Below, in pieces: positions 8,885-18,019 of a DNA stretch of 64,000 nucleotides (its first letter is position 1; every line of letters begins with the position of its first letter). The translations under genes were made by a program, and so were the position numbers. The stretch spans positions 264,984 to 328,983 of the forward strand of contig NZ_BBXE01000013.1 in assembly GCF_001570565.1 (NCBI RefSeq). The letters run 5' to 3'. The notes below the pieces were generated by a model that was not told the DNA's origin, did not search any database, and saw nothing but the letters and a program-made list of their open reading frames with translations. This stretch comes from Herbidospora yilanensis (GTDB lineage Bacteria; Actinomycetota; Actinomycetes; Streptosporangiales; Streptosporangiaceae).

Positions 8885-9253
8885 ATGAAGACCGCTCGCC
8901 TCATCCTCGTCGCCGGTGCGACCTCCCTCCTCATGGGCGTCGCCGCGTGTGGCGGTGGCTCGAACACGACCGAGGTCTGCAACGAGGCCATGAAGGCGTT
9001 CACCGACTACAGCACCAAGGTCGGCCAGGCCGCCGGAAACCTCGACGGGATCAACACCGAGACCCAGGCCCTCGCCACCCAGCTGAAGGGCCTGGCCGAC
9101 AAGGCCGACGGCGACCTCAAGTCGTCGCTCACCAAGATGGCCGACACGTGGGCCGCCCTCAAGATCGACCCGGCGAACCCCTCGGCGATCACGGAGTTCG
9201 CCACCAAGACCTCCGAGGCCACCCAGGAACTCGGCGTCGCCTGCGCCGGCTGA
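8885..9253 (+). CDS. Small lipoprotein of unknown function
   Basis: MKTARLILVAGATSLLMGVAACGG carries the lipobox VAAC. The remainder is helical and Ala/Lys/Thr-rich. Confidence 0.6.
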   Translation: MKTARLILVAGATSLLMGVAACGGGSNTTEVCNEAMKAFTDYSTKVGQAAGNLDGINTETQALATQLKGLADKADGDLKSSLTKMADTWAALKIDPANPSAITEFATKTSEATQELGVACAG

Positions 9254-9265
9254 CGCCCACCCGCA

Positions 9266-9293
9266 CCGCCGGGCCGCCACGACGGCCCGGCGG
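9266..9293 (+). terminator. GC-rich stem-loop after the lipoprotein gene
   Basis: CCGCCGGGCCG-ccacga-CGGCCCGGCGG is a perfect 11-bp stem. There is no T-tract, which is common in actinomycetes. Confidence 0.45.
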
Positions 9294-9449
9294 GGAACAA
9301 CCTTCTCTCCGTTACGGCTCCGCCCACCCCGGCACCGCCCGCCGCCCCCCTCCTGACCGCCCCCGGCGCCAACCGGCCGCGCACCCCCACCCCGCAACGC
9401 CTGCCCGACAAGAGGCCGAGCGATCCGGGGAGATCAGCCCGCCCACGAG

Positions 9450-9760
9450 CAGGCCCGGCCGGAGAAGACCGCGCCGCGGCCGAAGACCAAGAGGGAACGG
9501 CGTCAGGGCCCAAGACCCACCCGGAACGACATCGGGACCGAAGACCAGCAGGCGACCATGCCGGAGCCGAAAGCCCACAGGACACGGCGTCGGGCCGAAG
9601 ACCCACGGGCAACCCCCTCGGGGCCTGGAACGGCATCGGGACCGAAGACCGGCAGGCGACCGCGTCGGGGCCGAAGCCCACAGGGAACGACGTCGGGGCG
9701 CCCAAGGCCAGAACCGGCCACGTCCCACCGCCGAGGGCCCACGGGACCACGGCGAGCCAC
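9450..9760. repeat. Degenerate tandem repeat, unit ~25-31 bp, about 10 units, with a ~104-bp higher-order duplication
   Basis: Units resemble aggNaacgNcgtcgggNccgaagacccac. The stretch ggaacgacatcgggaccgaagaccagcaggcgaccatgccggagccgaaagcccacagg (from 9523) recurs as ggaacggcatcgggaccgaagaccggcaggcgaccgcgtcggggccgaagcccacagg (from 9627). The period is not a multiple of 3 and no unique spacers separate the units. Confidence 0.6.
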
Positions 9761-10627
9761 CGAGATTTACGAGAGGGCCTGCCCCGGACCACCCTCATGT
9801 GGCCGCGAAGGCCAGGGCACGTGTCCGCGAGAGAACAGGTCGGGCCGCGCCAGATTCAGCGGCCACGCGAGTCCGCCGGCCGCAACTCCAGGGCCAGGCG
9901 AACGATAAATCGGTCATTCAGTCAAAAACCGCCAGAAAAGGCTCTCGTAGGAGCTCGTCCAGCGATAACGCAGTCCCACCAGCCAAAACCCGGCAGGAAC
10001 AGATCCGGCCGGACGACCAGCCGGCGGGTGGAACCCAACCGGCAGGCCGTCGGCCGCACTCACATAGGTCAACCCGAGATCGCCGTACCCAAGAAACAGG
10101 GACGGCGATCTCGTGGTTTTCCGGACAATCAGGCTGAGGGATCCAGACCGGGGTGGCATTCCCTGGTGACCCCGTCGACTCGGCGCGACGACGGGAGGGA
10201 CCGAACCGAATCCACCAGGAGACGGAATAGCGGGGGGAGGGGGAGGGAGCCCGGTTCTGGAGGAACCGTCACCCGGGATACATCGGGACGTTCTGTAGGA
10301 GAAACCACAGATGTCCTACATGTTTCGGGACGATAGATGGGACTTATGATTTTTGTCAACAGAAGTCTGCCGACCGACGAGATTAATTCCCCCGTCCAGG
10401 CCCATGTGACGTTGCACAAACCTGTATCTGCCAGCGAGAACACGCTCTCACGAGGCACGGGAACGGTCCGGCCTGGGATCACAATCAGCGTTGAGGCCCG
10501 TTGACCCTCCTCATATCCCGTAGTAACAATGTCATCGATCAGCTCAAGGGCGGTGGCAGCCCGCGGGTCGACACAGAGTCACAGAGACGTGATCGGCGCA
10601 CGCGTCCCTCACCGAAGAGGAGTAAGC

Positions 10628-11791
10628 GTGAGCGACACGCATGCCCAAGACGACTCCCTCCGCCGCAAGCTGCGCCTGAACCGGCGCCAGTTCATGGCGG
10701 CCACCACTGGCGTGGCCGCGGCCACGGCGCTGCCGCTCGCTCTGCCCGGAGCCGCCATGGCCGATGACACCGTCCCCACGGCAGATCCCGCGCTGCCCGA
10801 CGACCGCAGCGCCCTGGTTCCCGCCTCGCAGCGAGGCATCATCCTCTACACCGTCCGTGACGCCACGGGCCGTGACCCCCTCGTCAACGACGCCCCCTCG
10901 GGCTTCCGCGAGGTGCTCCAGACCCTGTCGACGTTCGGTTACAAGCAGATCGAGTTCGCGGGCTACACCCAGCACGCGAACGCCGAAGGCGGCCGTTCCC
11001 TCGAGTCCGTCGCCGGCGCCCAGCTGCTGCGCTCCTGGCTCGACGAGTACGGCCTGCGGGCCCAGGGCAACCACGGCTTCATCCCCTCGTCGTGGCCGCT
11101 CAGCCAGGCCGACATCGACCGGTTCAAGCTGCACCTCGAAATCGCCAACACCCTCGGTATGCAGCACGTCGGCACCGGGTCCGACCCGACCGGCAGCAAC
11201 TACAAGGCCGACTGGGACGTCGCCATCGCCAAGTGGCACGCCCTGGGCGAGCTGGCGACCGCCGCCGGTCTGAAGCTGTACACGCACAACCACGACGCCG
11301 CGTACAACTTCCTGCTCGACAGCGGGCCGCTGGACGCGCTCGGCCGGCCGACCCGTTCGTCCGGCATCCGCAAGCTGGAGTACTTCCTCAGCCAGACGGA
11401 CAAGCACCTGGTCTTCCTGGAGATGGACCTGTACTGGGCGCACGTCGCGCAGTACAAGTACAGCAACTACACGGCGGCCGACGGCTCGGTCCAGCAGAAC
11501 ATCTTCAAGCCGTTCGAGCTGATCCGCGCCAACCAGAAGCGCTACCCGCTGTTCCACATCAAGGACGGCAAGAGCAACCCGGCCGTGCCGAACGGCTACG
11601 AGTTCGCCACGCTGGGCCAGGGCAACATCGACTACCGCGAGTTCTTCGAGATGGTGAAGATCCGCGACAAGCACCACCCGATGATCGAGCAGGACAACGC
11701 GCCGGGCGCCGACCCGATGCAGTCGCTGAACCTCGCCCAGCTCGCCTGGCTCAACTGGGCCGCCATGCGTGAAGACCGGTACTACGAGTAA
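10628..11791 (+). CDS. Tat-exported sugar phosphate isomerase/epimerase family protein (xylose-isomerase-like TIM barrel)
   Basis: GTG start at 10628 follows the RBS GAGGAG. The twin-arginine signal is LNRRQFMAATTGVAAATALPLALPGAAMA. The body reads GYKQIEFAGY...LYTHNHD...FHIKD, typical of the family. Confidence 0.8.
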   Translation: MSDTHAQDDSLRRKLRLNRRQFMAATTGVAAATALPLALPGAAMADDTVPTADPALPDDRSALVPASQRGIILYTVRDATGRDPLVNDAPSGFREVLQTLSTFGYKQIEFAGYTQHANAEGGRSLESVAGAQLLRSWLDEYGLRAQGNHGFIPSSWPLSQADIDRFKLHLEIANTLGMQHVGTGSDPTGSNYKADWDVAIAKWHALGELATAAGLKLYTHNHDAAYNFLLDSGPLDALGRPTRSSGIRKLEYFLSQTDKHLVFLEMDLYWAHVAQYKYSNYTAADGSVQQNIFKPFELIRANQKRYPLFHIKDGKSNPAVPNGYEFATLGQGNIDYREFFEMVKIRDKHHPMIEQDNAPGADPMQSLNLAQLAWLNWAAMREDRYYE

Positions 11792-11964
11792 CCGCTGAGC
11801 GAGACGCGGACGGCCGAAGGCCGGCTGTGGCTCGCGCTCTGAATCTGCCTCGAAACACCGCCACAGGCCAGTTTCTCACCGGACCGCCGCGCGGATCCGC
11901 CGTTGCCCCGGCGGGCACGGCGGTCCGGTCACCGATACTCCTCGTCCAAGGAGAAGTACCTTCC

Positions 11965-14900
11965 ATGCAGCGTACCCGAAGGGCGCTGGGGGTCCTCGTG
12001 ACCACCCTGGCGCTTCCGTTAGGCATGCTCGGCGTCCCGGCGCAGGCCGCCGACGACCCGGCCGTCACCTGGTCGAACTACGAGAAGATCACCCTCACCA
12101 AGAACGTCGGCGAGCCCGTCGACATGGCCGTGCTCCCCGACCTCCGCGTGCTGCACACCGCGCGTAACGGCGACATCCGGCTGACCGACCCGTCGACCGG
12201 CGTCACCAAGATCATCAACACGATCCCGGTGTACAACAACTCCGAGGACGGTCTCCAGACCGTCGAGATCGACCCCGACTTCGCGACCAACAAGTGGGTG
12301 TACCTCTACTACGCCCCCCGCACGATGACCCCGCCCTACGTCGAGACCACCCCGACCGGCTCGGCGCCCAACACGCTGCCGGCGGGGCAGACCGACGCCT
12401 ACTGGGACCAGTGGAAGGGCTACAACCAGCTCTCCCGGTTCAAGTGGGACGGCGAGAAGCTCGACCTGACGACCGAGCAGGTCATCATCAAGGTCGAGAC
12501 CCAGCGCGGCCAGTGCTGCCACGTCGCCGGCGACGTCGACTGGGACGCCGACGGCAACCTCTACCTCGGCACGGGCGACAACACCCCCGCCTCCGCCCCC
12601 GGCGCCAACGGCTACGCGCCGAACAACGACGCCCCCGGCGTGAACCCGGGCATGGACACCCGTCGCGGCGCCGGCAACAGCAACGACCTGCGGGGCAAGA
12701 TCCTGCGCATCAAGGTCGCGGCCGACGGTTCGTACACGATCCCGCCGGGGAACCTGTTCCCGCCCGGCACGGAGAAGACCCGTCCGGAGATCTTCGTGAC
12801 CGGCGTGCGGAACCCGTTCCGCCTCGACGTCGACCCGTCGACCGGCACCCTCTCGTGGGCCGACTACGGCCCCGACGCCGGCGCGCCCAACCCCGACCGC
12901 GGCCCGATGGGCTACGTCGAGTGGAACACCACGCCGACGAACAAGCCGATCAACGCGGGCTGGCCGTACTGCACCGGCAACAACTTCAACTACAACAACT
13001 GGAACTTCGCGACCAACACCCCGCGTGAGTTCTTCGACTGCGCCGCCGGCCCGATCAGCGGCTCGCGGCACAACACGGGTCTGGCCCAGTTGCCGCCGGC
13101 CGTCCCGGCCGACCTCTACTACGGCGACAACAACACCCACCAGCCCGCCGAGTGGGCCGGTCTGACGGACTTCGAGCCCGCCGGTGGCCAGGGCCCCATG
13201 GGCGGCCCGATCTACCACTACGACGCCTCGAACCCGTCGACCTACAAGTTCCCCGAGTACTGGGACGGCAAGGCGTTCTTCGCCGAGTTCTCGCAGGACT
13301 ACCTGGCGGCCTTCACCGTCGCCGGCCCCGACGGCCCCGTGACGAAGATCGAGCACTTCTTCCCGAACCGGGCGCTCAACCAGGCGGCCATGCCGATCAC
13401 CGACAGCCCGATCGACATCGAGTTCGGCCCCGACGGCGCGCTCTACGTCCTCGACTACGGCGACGGCTTCTTCCGCGCGAACCCCGACGCCGGTCTCTAC
13501 CGGATCGACTACTCGCCGGACAACAAGACCCCGCAGGCCAAGATCAAGGTCGACAAGGCGTCGGCCAGCCAGCCGCCGCTGACCGTGAACTTCGACGGCA
13601 CGGGCTCCCGTGACCCCGAGGGCGACGCCCTCGCCTACGAGTGGGACGTCGACGGCGACGGCACCTTCGACAAGACCGGCGCCCAGGTCAGCCACACCTA
13701 CACCCAGACGGGTCTGTACTTCGCCCGGCTGAAGGTCACCGACGCCGGCGGCCGCTCGGCGCTGACGTCGATCGAGATCTCGGTCGGCAACACCGCCCCC
13801 GAGGTGTCGGTCAACAACCCGCCGAACGGTGGCTTCTTCGACTGGGGCCAGGCCATCCCGTTCAACCTGTCGGCCACCGACGCCGAGGACGGCCCGAACG
13901 CGGTCTGCTCCCGGATGCAGTGGAACTTCGGTCTCGGCCACGACTTCCACGCCCACCCGGAGACCCTGGGCACGGGCTGCACCGGCGCCTGGCCTACCCC
14001 GGCCAACGCCCCCGAGCACGGTGAGACCGAGAACATCTACGGCGTCATCGTGATCTCCTACCGGGACAACGGCGCCAACGGCCTCCCGCCCGCGCTGGGC
14101 GAGGCCAGCGTCATCCTCAACCCCAAGCTCCAGCAGGCCGAGCACGCCGACATCATCAACGGCGCGGTCGACACCGACGACCCGAACGCCTCGGGCCTCG
14201 GCAAGATCACCTCGCTTGACCCGGGCGACTCCATCGCGTGGGACCCGATCAACTTCGCCGGCATCGACAGCGTGAAGGTCCGCGCCTCCGGCGCCGGCAC
14301 CCTGGCGCTGCGCTGGAACTCGGCCACGGCCACGCCGTTCGCCAGCGTCACCATCCCGGCCGGAGCCGGCTGGCAGGAGGTCACCCAGTCGCTGGCCAAC
14401 GCCCCGACGGGCACCGGCCAGCTCTACGTCACCTCCACCGGCGGCGTCGAGGTGGACTCGTTCACCTACGTCGGCGGCGGCGTCGCCGACACCACCGCCC
14501 CGACCGTGACCGCGACGCCGAACCCGGCGCCGAACGCCAACGGGTGGAACGACGGCAACGTCAGCGTCACCGTCGCGGCGACCGACAACGGCACCGTCTC
14601 CAGCCGCCAGTACTCCACCAACGGCGGCCAGACCTGGGCCAACGCCAACAACCCGGTCAACATCACCGCCGAGGGCGTGACCACGTTCCTCTACCGGGCC
14701 ACCGACTCGGGCGGCAACGTCTCCCCGGTCGGCACGCTCACGGTGCGGATCGACAAGACCAACCCGACGGCCGCGGTCACCGGGGTCACCGCCACCGAGT
14801 ACGGCACCGGCGACGTCGTCACCCCCGTGGTGACCGGCACCGACGCCCACTCGGGGGTCGACACCACGACCGCCACGATCGACGGCGCCCCGATCACCCC

Positions 14901-15264
14901 GGGCCAGCCGTTCGAGTTGTGGAAGTTGTCGCTCGGCGAGCACACGCTCGTCGGCACGGTGAAGGACAAGGCCGGCCGCACCGCGACCGCCCAGGTCACG
15001 TTCACGGTGACGACGTCGTACGAGGACCTGGAGACGCTGATCCCCAGGCTCCGCGACGCCGGCAAGATCACCGCCAACGGCGCCACGGCGCTGCTGAACC
15101 ACCTGCGCGACGCGCAGCACAGCCTCAGCCTGAACAAGCCGAACGCGGCCAGGTCGGAGCTGAACGGCTTCATCCGCACGCTGTCCCAGCGTGACTACGT
15201 CAAGGACGCGGAAGTCCGCGCGGCGCTCGAAAGGGACGCCAACCAGCTTCTCTCCGAGATCTAG
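11965..15264 (+). CDS. Secreted multidomain PQQ-dependent sugar (glucose/sorbosone-type) dehydrogenase with PKD, carbohydrate-binding, Ig-like and C-terminal FIMAH-like domains
   Basis: ATG 11965 follows AAGGAGAAG. The signal peptide is MQRTRRALGVLVTTLALPLGMLGVPAQA. The beta-propeller carries DLRGKILRI...GVRNPFR. The PKD repeat reads PLTVNFDGTGSRDPEGDALAYEWDVDGDG. An Ig-like segment reads DTTAPTV...YSTNGGQTW, and the protein ends in a helical tail. Confidence 0.75.
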   Translation: MQRTRRALGVLVTTLALPLGMLGVPAQAADDPAVTWSNYEKITLTKNVGEPVDMAVLPDLRVLHTARNGDIRLTDPSTGVTKIINTIPVYNNSEDGLQTVEIDPDFATNKWVYLYYAPRTMTPPYVETTPTGSAPNTLPAGQTDAYWDQWKGYNQLSRFKWDGEKLDLTTEQVIIKVETQRGQCCHVAGDVDWDADGNLYLGTGDNTPASAPGANGYAPNNDAPGVNPGMDTRRGAGNSNDLRGKILRIKVAADGSYTIPPGNLFPPGTEKTRPEIFVTGVRNPFRLDVDPSTGTLSWADYGPDAGAPNPDRGPMGYVEWNTTPTNKPINAGWPYCTGNNFNYNNWNFATNTPREFFDCAAGPISGSRHNTGLAQLPPAVPADLYYGDNNTHQPAEWAGLTDFEPAGGQGPMGGPIYHYDASNPSTYKFPEYWDGKAFFAEFSQDYLAAFTVAGPDGPVTKIEHFFPNRALNQAAMPITDSPIDIEFGPDGALYVLDYGDGFFRANPDAGLYRIDYSPDNKTPQAKIKVDKASASQPPLTVNFDGTGSRDPEGDALAYEWDVDGDGTFDKTGAQVSHTYTQTGLYFARLKVTDAGGRSALTSIEISVGNTAPEVSVNNPPNGGFFDWGQAIPFNLSATDAEDGPNAVCSRMQWNFGLGHDFHAHPETLGTGCTGAWPTPANAPEHGETENIYGVIVISYRDNGANGLPPALGEASVILNPKLQQAEHADIINGAVDTDDPNASGLGKITSLDPGDSIAWDPINFAGIDSVKVRASGAGTLALRWNSATATPFASVTIPAGAGWQEVTQSLANAPTGTGQLYVTSTGGVEVDSFTYVGGGVADTTAPTVTATPNPAPNANGWNDGNVSVTVAATDNGTVSSRQYSTNGGQTWANANNPVNITAEGVTTFLYRATDSGGNVSPVGTLTVRIDKTNPTAAVTGVTATEYGTGDVVTPVVTGTDAHSGVDTTTATIDGAPITPGQPFELWKLSLGEHTLVGTVKDKAGRTATAQVTFTVTTSYEDLETLIPRLRDAGKITANGATALLNHLRDAQHSLSLNKPNAARSELNGFIRTLSQRDYVKDAEVRAALERDANQLLSEI

Positions 15265-15282
15265 CCGGTAACTCGCAGGAAG

Positions 15283-15317
15283 AAGGTGGGGAGGCCCCCG
15301 TGGCCCCCCACCTTTTT
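15283..15317. terminator. Rho-independent terminator between convergent genes
   Basis: AAGGTGGGGaGGCC-cccgt-GGCCCCCCACCTT is followed by TTTT. Confidence 0.7.
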
Positions 15318-15377
15318 CCATTCCGGCAGGCGGCGGAAAGGCGGACAAGCGCCTTTCCACCACCTGTGCGGCACTAT

Positions 15378-15590
15378 TTACAGGTCGAATTCGCCGCCCT
15401 TCACCCCGTGGACGAACGCGTCCCATTCGCCCGGGGTGAACGCGAGGATGGGCCCGGTCGGATTCTTGGAGTCGCGCAGCGCGATGGCGTGGCCCATCAG
15501 GGCCACCTCCACGCACTGGTCCCCCTGACTGTTGGACTTCTCGGCCTTGCGCCATGTCGCGGCCGAGACGTCGAGGTCGGTGAACTTCAC
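15378..15590 (-). CDS. DUF397 domain protein
   Basis: VKFTDLDVSAATWRKAEKSNSQGDQCVEVALMGHAIALRDSKNPTGPILAFTPGEWDAFVHGVKGGEFDL. The GTG start overlaps the upstream XRE stop (GTGA). Confidence 0.85.
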   Translation of the reverse strand: MKFTDLDVSAATWRKAEKSNSQGDQCVEVALMGHAIALRDSKNPTGPILAFTPGEWDAFVHGVKGGEFDL

Positions 15591-16489
15591 GAGGTCATCT
15601 CCTTCTCTGCGGATTCGAGTACTTCCAACGACCGTTCCGGGCTGAGTGCCGCGGCCCGTAAGTGGTCGAAGATGTGGGCGCAGCGCCTGAGCTGGTCGGG
15701 AGCCTCCAGGTAGAGTTCGCCGCCCGGGTTCTCGAGCAGCACGACCTCCCCGTCGGCGGGCCCGGCGAAGCTGAGGATGCTGAACGGACTGCCCATGCCG
15801 AGATAGGCGCCACCACGCAGAGAGAGCACCTGGATCGTGATGTTGGGGCGGTTGGCCAGTTCGTGCAGGTGGCGGAGTTGCTGGGCCATCACCTGCGGGC
15901 CGCCGACGCGGCGCCAGACGACTCCCTCGTCGAGCACCACCCACATCGCGAAGTCTGGCTGGTCGAGTTTGCGCTGCCGCTGAAGCCGCAGGGCGACCCG
16001 GCGGCCGGTGGCCTTCGGGGTCTCCTCCAGAGCGGCGCTGATGACGGCCCGCGCGTAGTCGGCGGTCTGGAGGAGTCCGGGGATGACCACCGATTCGTAG
16101 TTGCGCACCGACACGGCCTCCCATTCGAGCCCCACATAGGGCCCGGGGAGGACGTCACCGTAGGCGTGCCACCAGCCTCGGTCCCCCGCGTCACGGGCGA
16201 GGGCGACCAGGGCGGCCCGGTGGGCGGGGTCGGCATCGTACAGTTCGAGCAGGTCACGAAGGGTTCTGGCGCGGGGGCGGGTGAGCCCGGTCTCGATGCG
16301 GTAGACGGTGGAGAACGCGACACCGAGGTGGCTCGCGACCTCTTCGCGGCTGTAGCCGGATTCGGTGCGCAGGCGGGTCAGCTCACCGGCGAGGCGGCGT
16401 AACCGGATCGTCGGCAGTCGCCCAGTTCCCATTTTACGAATTACCCCCAGCCGATTTCCTGGTAATGCCGGTGTCACGAAGTCTGCCAC
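15587..16489 (-). CDS. XRE-family helix-turn-helix regulator with a DUF5753-like C-terminal domain (WhiJ/Scr1-type)
   Basis: LRRLAGELTRLRTESGYSREEVASHLGVAFSTVYRIETG. An alternative start at ATG 16432 (MGTGRLP) is possible. Confidence 0.85.
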   Translation of the reverse strand: MADFVTPALPGNRLGVIRKMGTGRLPTIRLRRLAGELTRLRTESGYSREEVASHLGVAFSTVYRIETGLTRPRARTLRDLLELYDADPAHRAALVALARDAGDRGWWHAYGDVLPGPYVGLEWEAVSVRNYESVVIPGLLQTADYARAVISAALEETPKATGRRVALRLQRQRKLDQPDFAMWVVLDEGVVWRRVGGPQVMAQQLRHLHELANRPNITIQVLSLRGGAYLGMGSPFSILSFAGPADGEVVLLENPGGELYLEAPDQLRRCAHIFDHLRAAALSPERSLEVLESAEKEMTS

Positions 16490-16585
16490 GCCGCGTTAGG
16501 GACTCCAGGTAATGCGGATTAGTGATGGTGGACATTTCTGCACCGCCGGAGAATCCCACGTCCTTCTTGGGGTAGCTGGCCTTGC

Positions 16586-18019
16586 ATGAAGCAGATCACG
16601 ACTGACATTCCCGCGCGGTTAGACCGACTGCCATGGTCGCGTTTCCACTGGCTCGTGCTGCTCGGGCTGGGCACCGTGTGGGTGCTCGACGGTCTCGAGG
16701 TCACCATCGTCGGAGTGATCGGGCCCCGGCTGACGAGCGACACCGGCGGGCTGAACCTGACCGACTCAGAAGTGGGCCTCGCGGCGGGCGTCTACGTGCT
16801 CGGCGCGTGCCTCGGCGCGCTCTTCTTCGGCCACCTGACCGACCGGTTCGGGCGGAAGAAGTTGTTCCTGGCGACGCTGGCCCTCTACCTGGCCGCCACG
16901 GTGGCGACGGCGTTCTCGTTCGAGCCCTGGTACTTCTTCCTGTGCCGGTTCTTCACCGGCGCCGGAATCGGGGGTGAGTACGCCGCCATCAACTCGGCCA
17001 TCGACGAGCTGATCCCGGCCCGGCTCCGGGGCCGGATCGACCTGATCATCAACGGTTCCTACTGGCTGGGCACGGTCTTCGGCGCGCTGGTGGCCATCCC
17101 GCTGCTCAACCCGGAGCTGCTGCCCGAGGACGTCGGGTGGCGTGTGCTGTTCGGGCTGGGCGCGATCCTGGGCATCGGCATCCTGCTGATCCGCAGGCTG
17201 GTGCCGGAGAGCCCGCGCTGGTTGTTCATCCACGGCAAGGACGAGGAGGCCGAGAGGATCGTCGCCGGCATCGAGCGGTCGGTGCACCGGGAGCTGCCGA
17301 AGGCCGACCGGCGGATCACGGTCAACCAGCGGGACCACACCCCGCTGTCGGAGGTCGCGATGACGCTGGTGCGGCGTTATCCGCGGCGTACCGTCGTCGG
17401 GTTGTCGCTGTTCGTCGGCCAGGCGTTCCTCTACAACTCGATCTTCTTCACCTACGCCCTGGTGCTGGCCACCTTCTTCGGGGTGCCCGACGGCTCGACC
17501 CCCTGGTATCTGATCCCGATCGCGATCGGGAACTTCCTGGGGCCGCTGCTGCTGGGCCACTTCTTCGACTCCATCGGCCGTCGGCCGTTGATCGCGGGCA
17601 CCTACGTGTTGTCGGGCCTGTTGCTCGTCGGCACGGCCCTGCTGTTCGACGCCGGGGTCCTCGACGCGACGACGCTGACCGTCTGCTGGATGGTGGTCTT
17701 CTTCTTCGCCTCGGCGGGGGCCTCGTCGGCCTACCTGACGGTGTCGGAGATCTTCCCGATGGAGACGAGGGCGCTGGCGATCGCGCTGTTCTACGCGGTC
17801 GGCACCGGCCTCGGCGGCATCATCGGGCCGGTGCTGTTCGGCCGGCTGGTGGAGAGCCAGCAGGTCGGGCAGGTGACGGTGGGCTACCTGATCGGGGCGG
17901 GGCTGATGGTCGCCGCCGGTCTGGTGCAGTGGTTCCTGGGCGTCGAGGCGGCCCGGCGGTCCCTGGAGGACATCGCCGAGCCGCTCAGCGCTCAGACCGT
18001 CGACCGCGCCCAGGCGTAG
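16586..18019 (+). CDS. MFS transporter (metabolite:H+ symporter-like)
   Basis: About 12 predicted TM segments. The N-terminus RLDRLPWSRFHW and the motif GHLTDRFGRKK are typical of the family. Confidence 0.85.
   Translation: MKQITTDIPARLDRLPWSRFHWLVLLGLGTVWVLDGLEVTIVGVIGPRLTSDTGGLNLTDSEVGLAAGVYVLGACLGALFFGHLTDRFGRKKLFLATLALYLAATVATAFSFEPWYFFLCRFFTGAGIGGEYAAINSAIDELIPARLRGRIDLIINGSYWLGTVFGALVAIPLLNPELLPEDVGWRVLFGLGAILGIGILLIRRLVPESPRWLFIHGKDEEAERIVAGIERSVHRELPKADRRITVNQRDHTPLSEVAMTLVRRYPRRTVVGLSLFVGQAFLYNSIFFTYALVLATFFGVPDGSTPWYLIPIAIGNFLGPLLLGHFFDSIGRRPLIAGTYVLSGLLLVGTALLFDAGVLDATTLTVCWMVVFFFASAGASSAYLTVSEIFPMETRALAIALFYAVGTGLGGIIGPVLFGRLVESQQVGQVTVGYLIGAGLMVAAGLVQWFLGVEAARRSLEDIAEPLSAQTVDRAQA

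Noticed and set aside
9450-9760. Possible CRISPR array
   Set aside because: The repeats are contiguous and degenerate, with no unique spacers of regular length. No cas genes are present in the window.
10233-10250. G-run tract (GGGGGGAGGGGGAGGGAG) as a G-quadruplex
   Set aside because: Only three strong G-runs are present and a fourth is not convincingly placed. In DNA this GC-rich, such tracts occur by chance.
12019-15555. 1178-aa minus-strand ORF antisense to the PQQ-dehydrogenase gene
   Set aside because: It is a shadow frame, very rich in Arg, Gly, Val and Asp with no recognisable domains. The plus-strand gene has a signal peptide, a PKD repeat and other recognisable domains.
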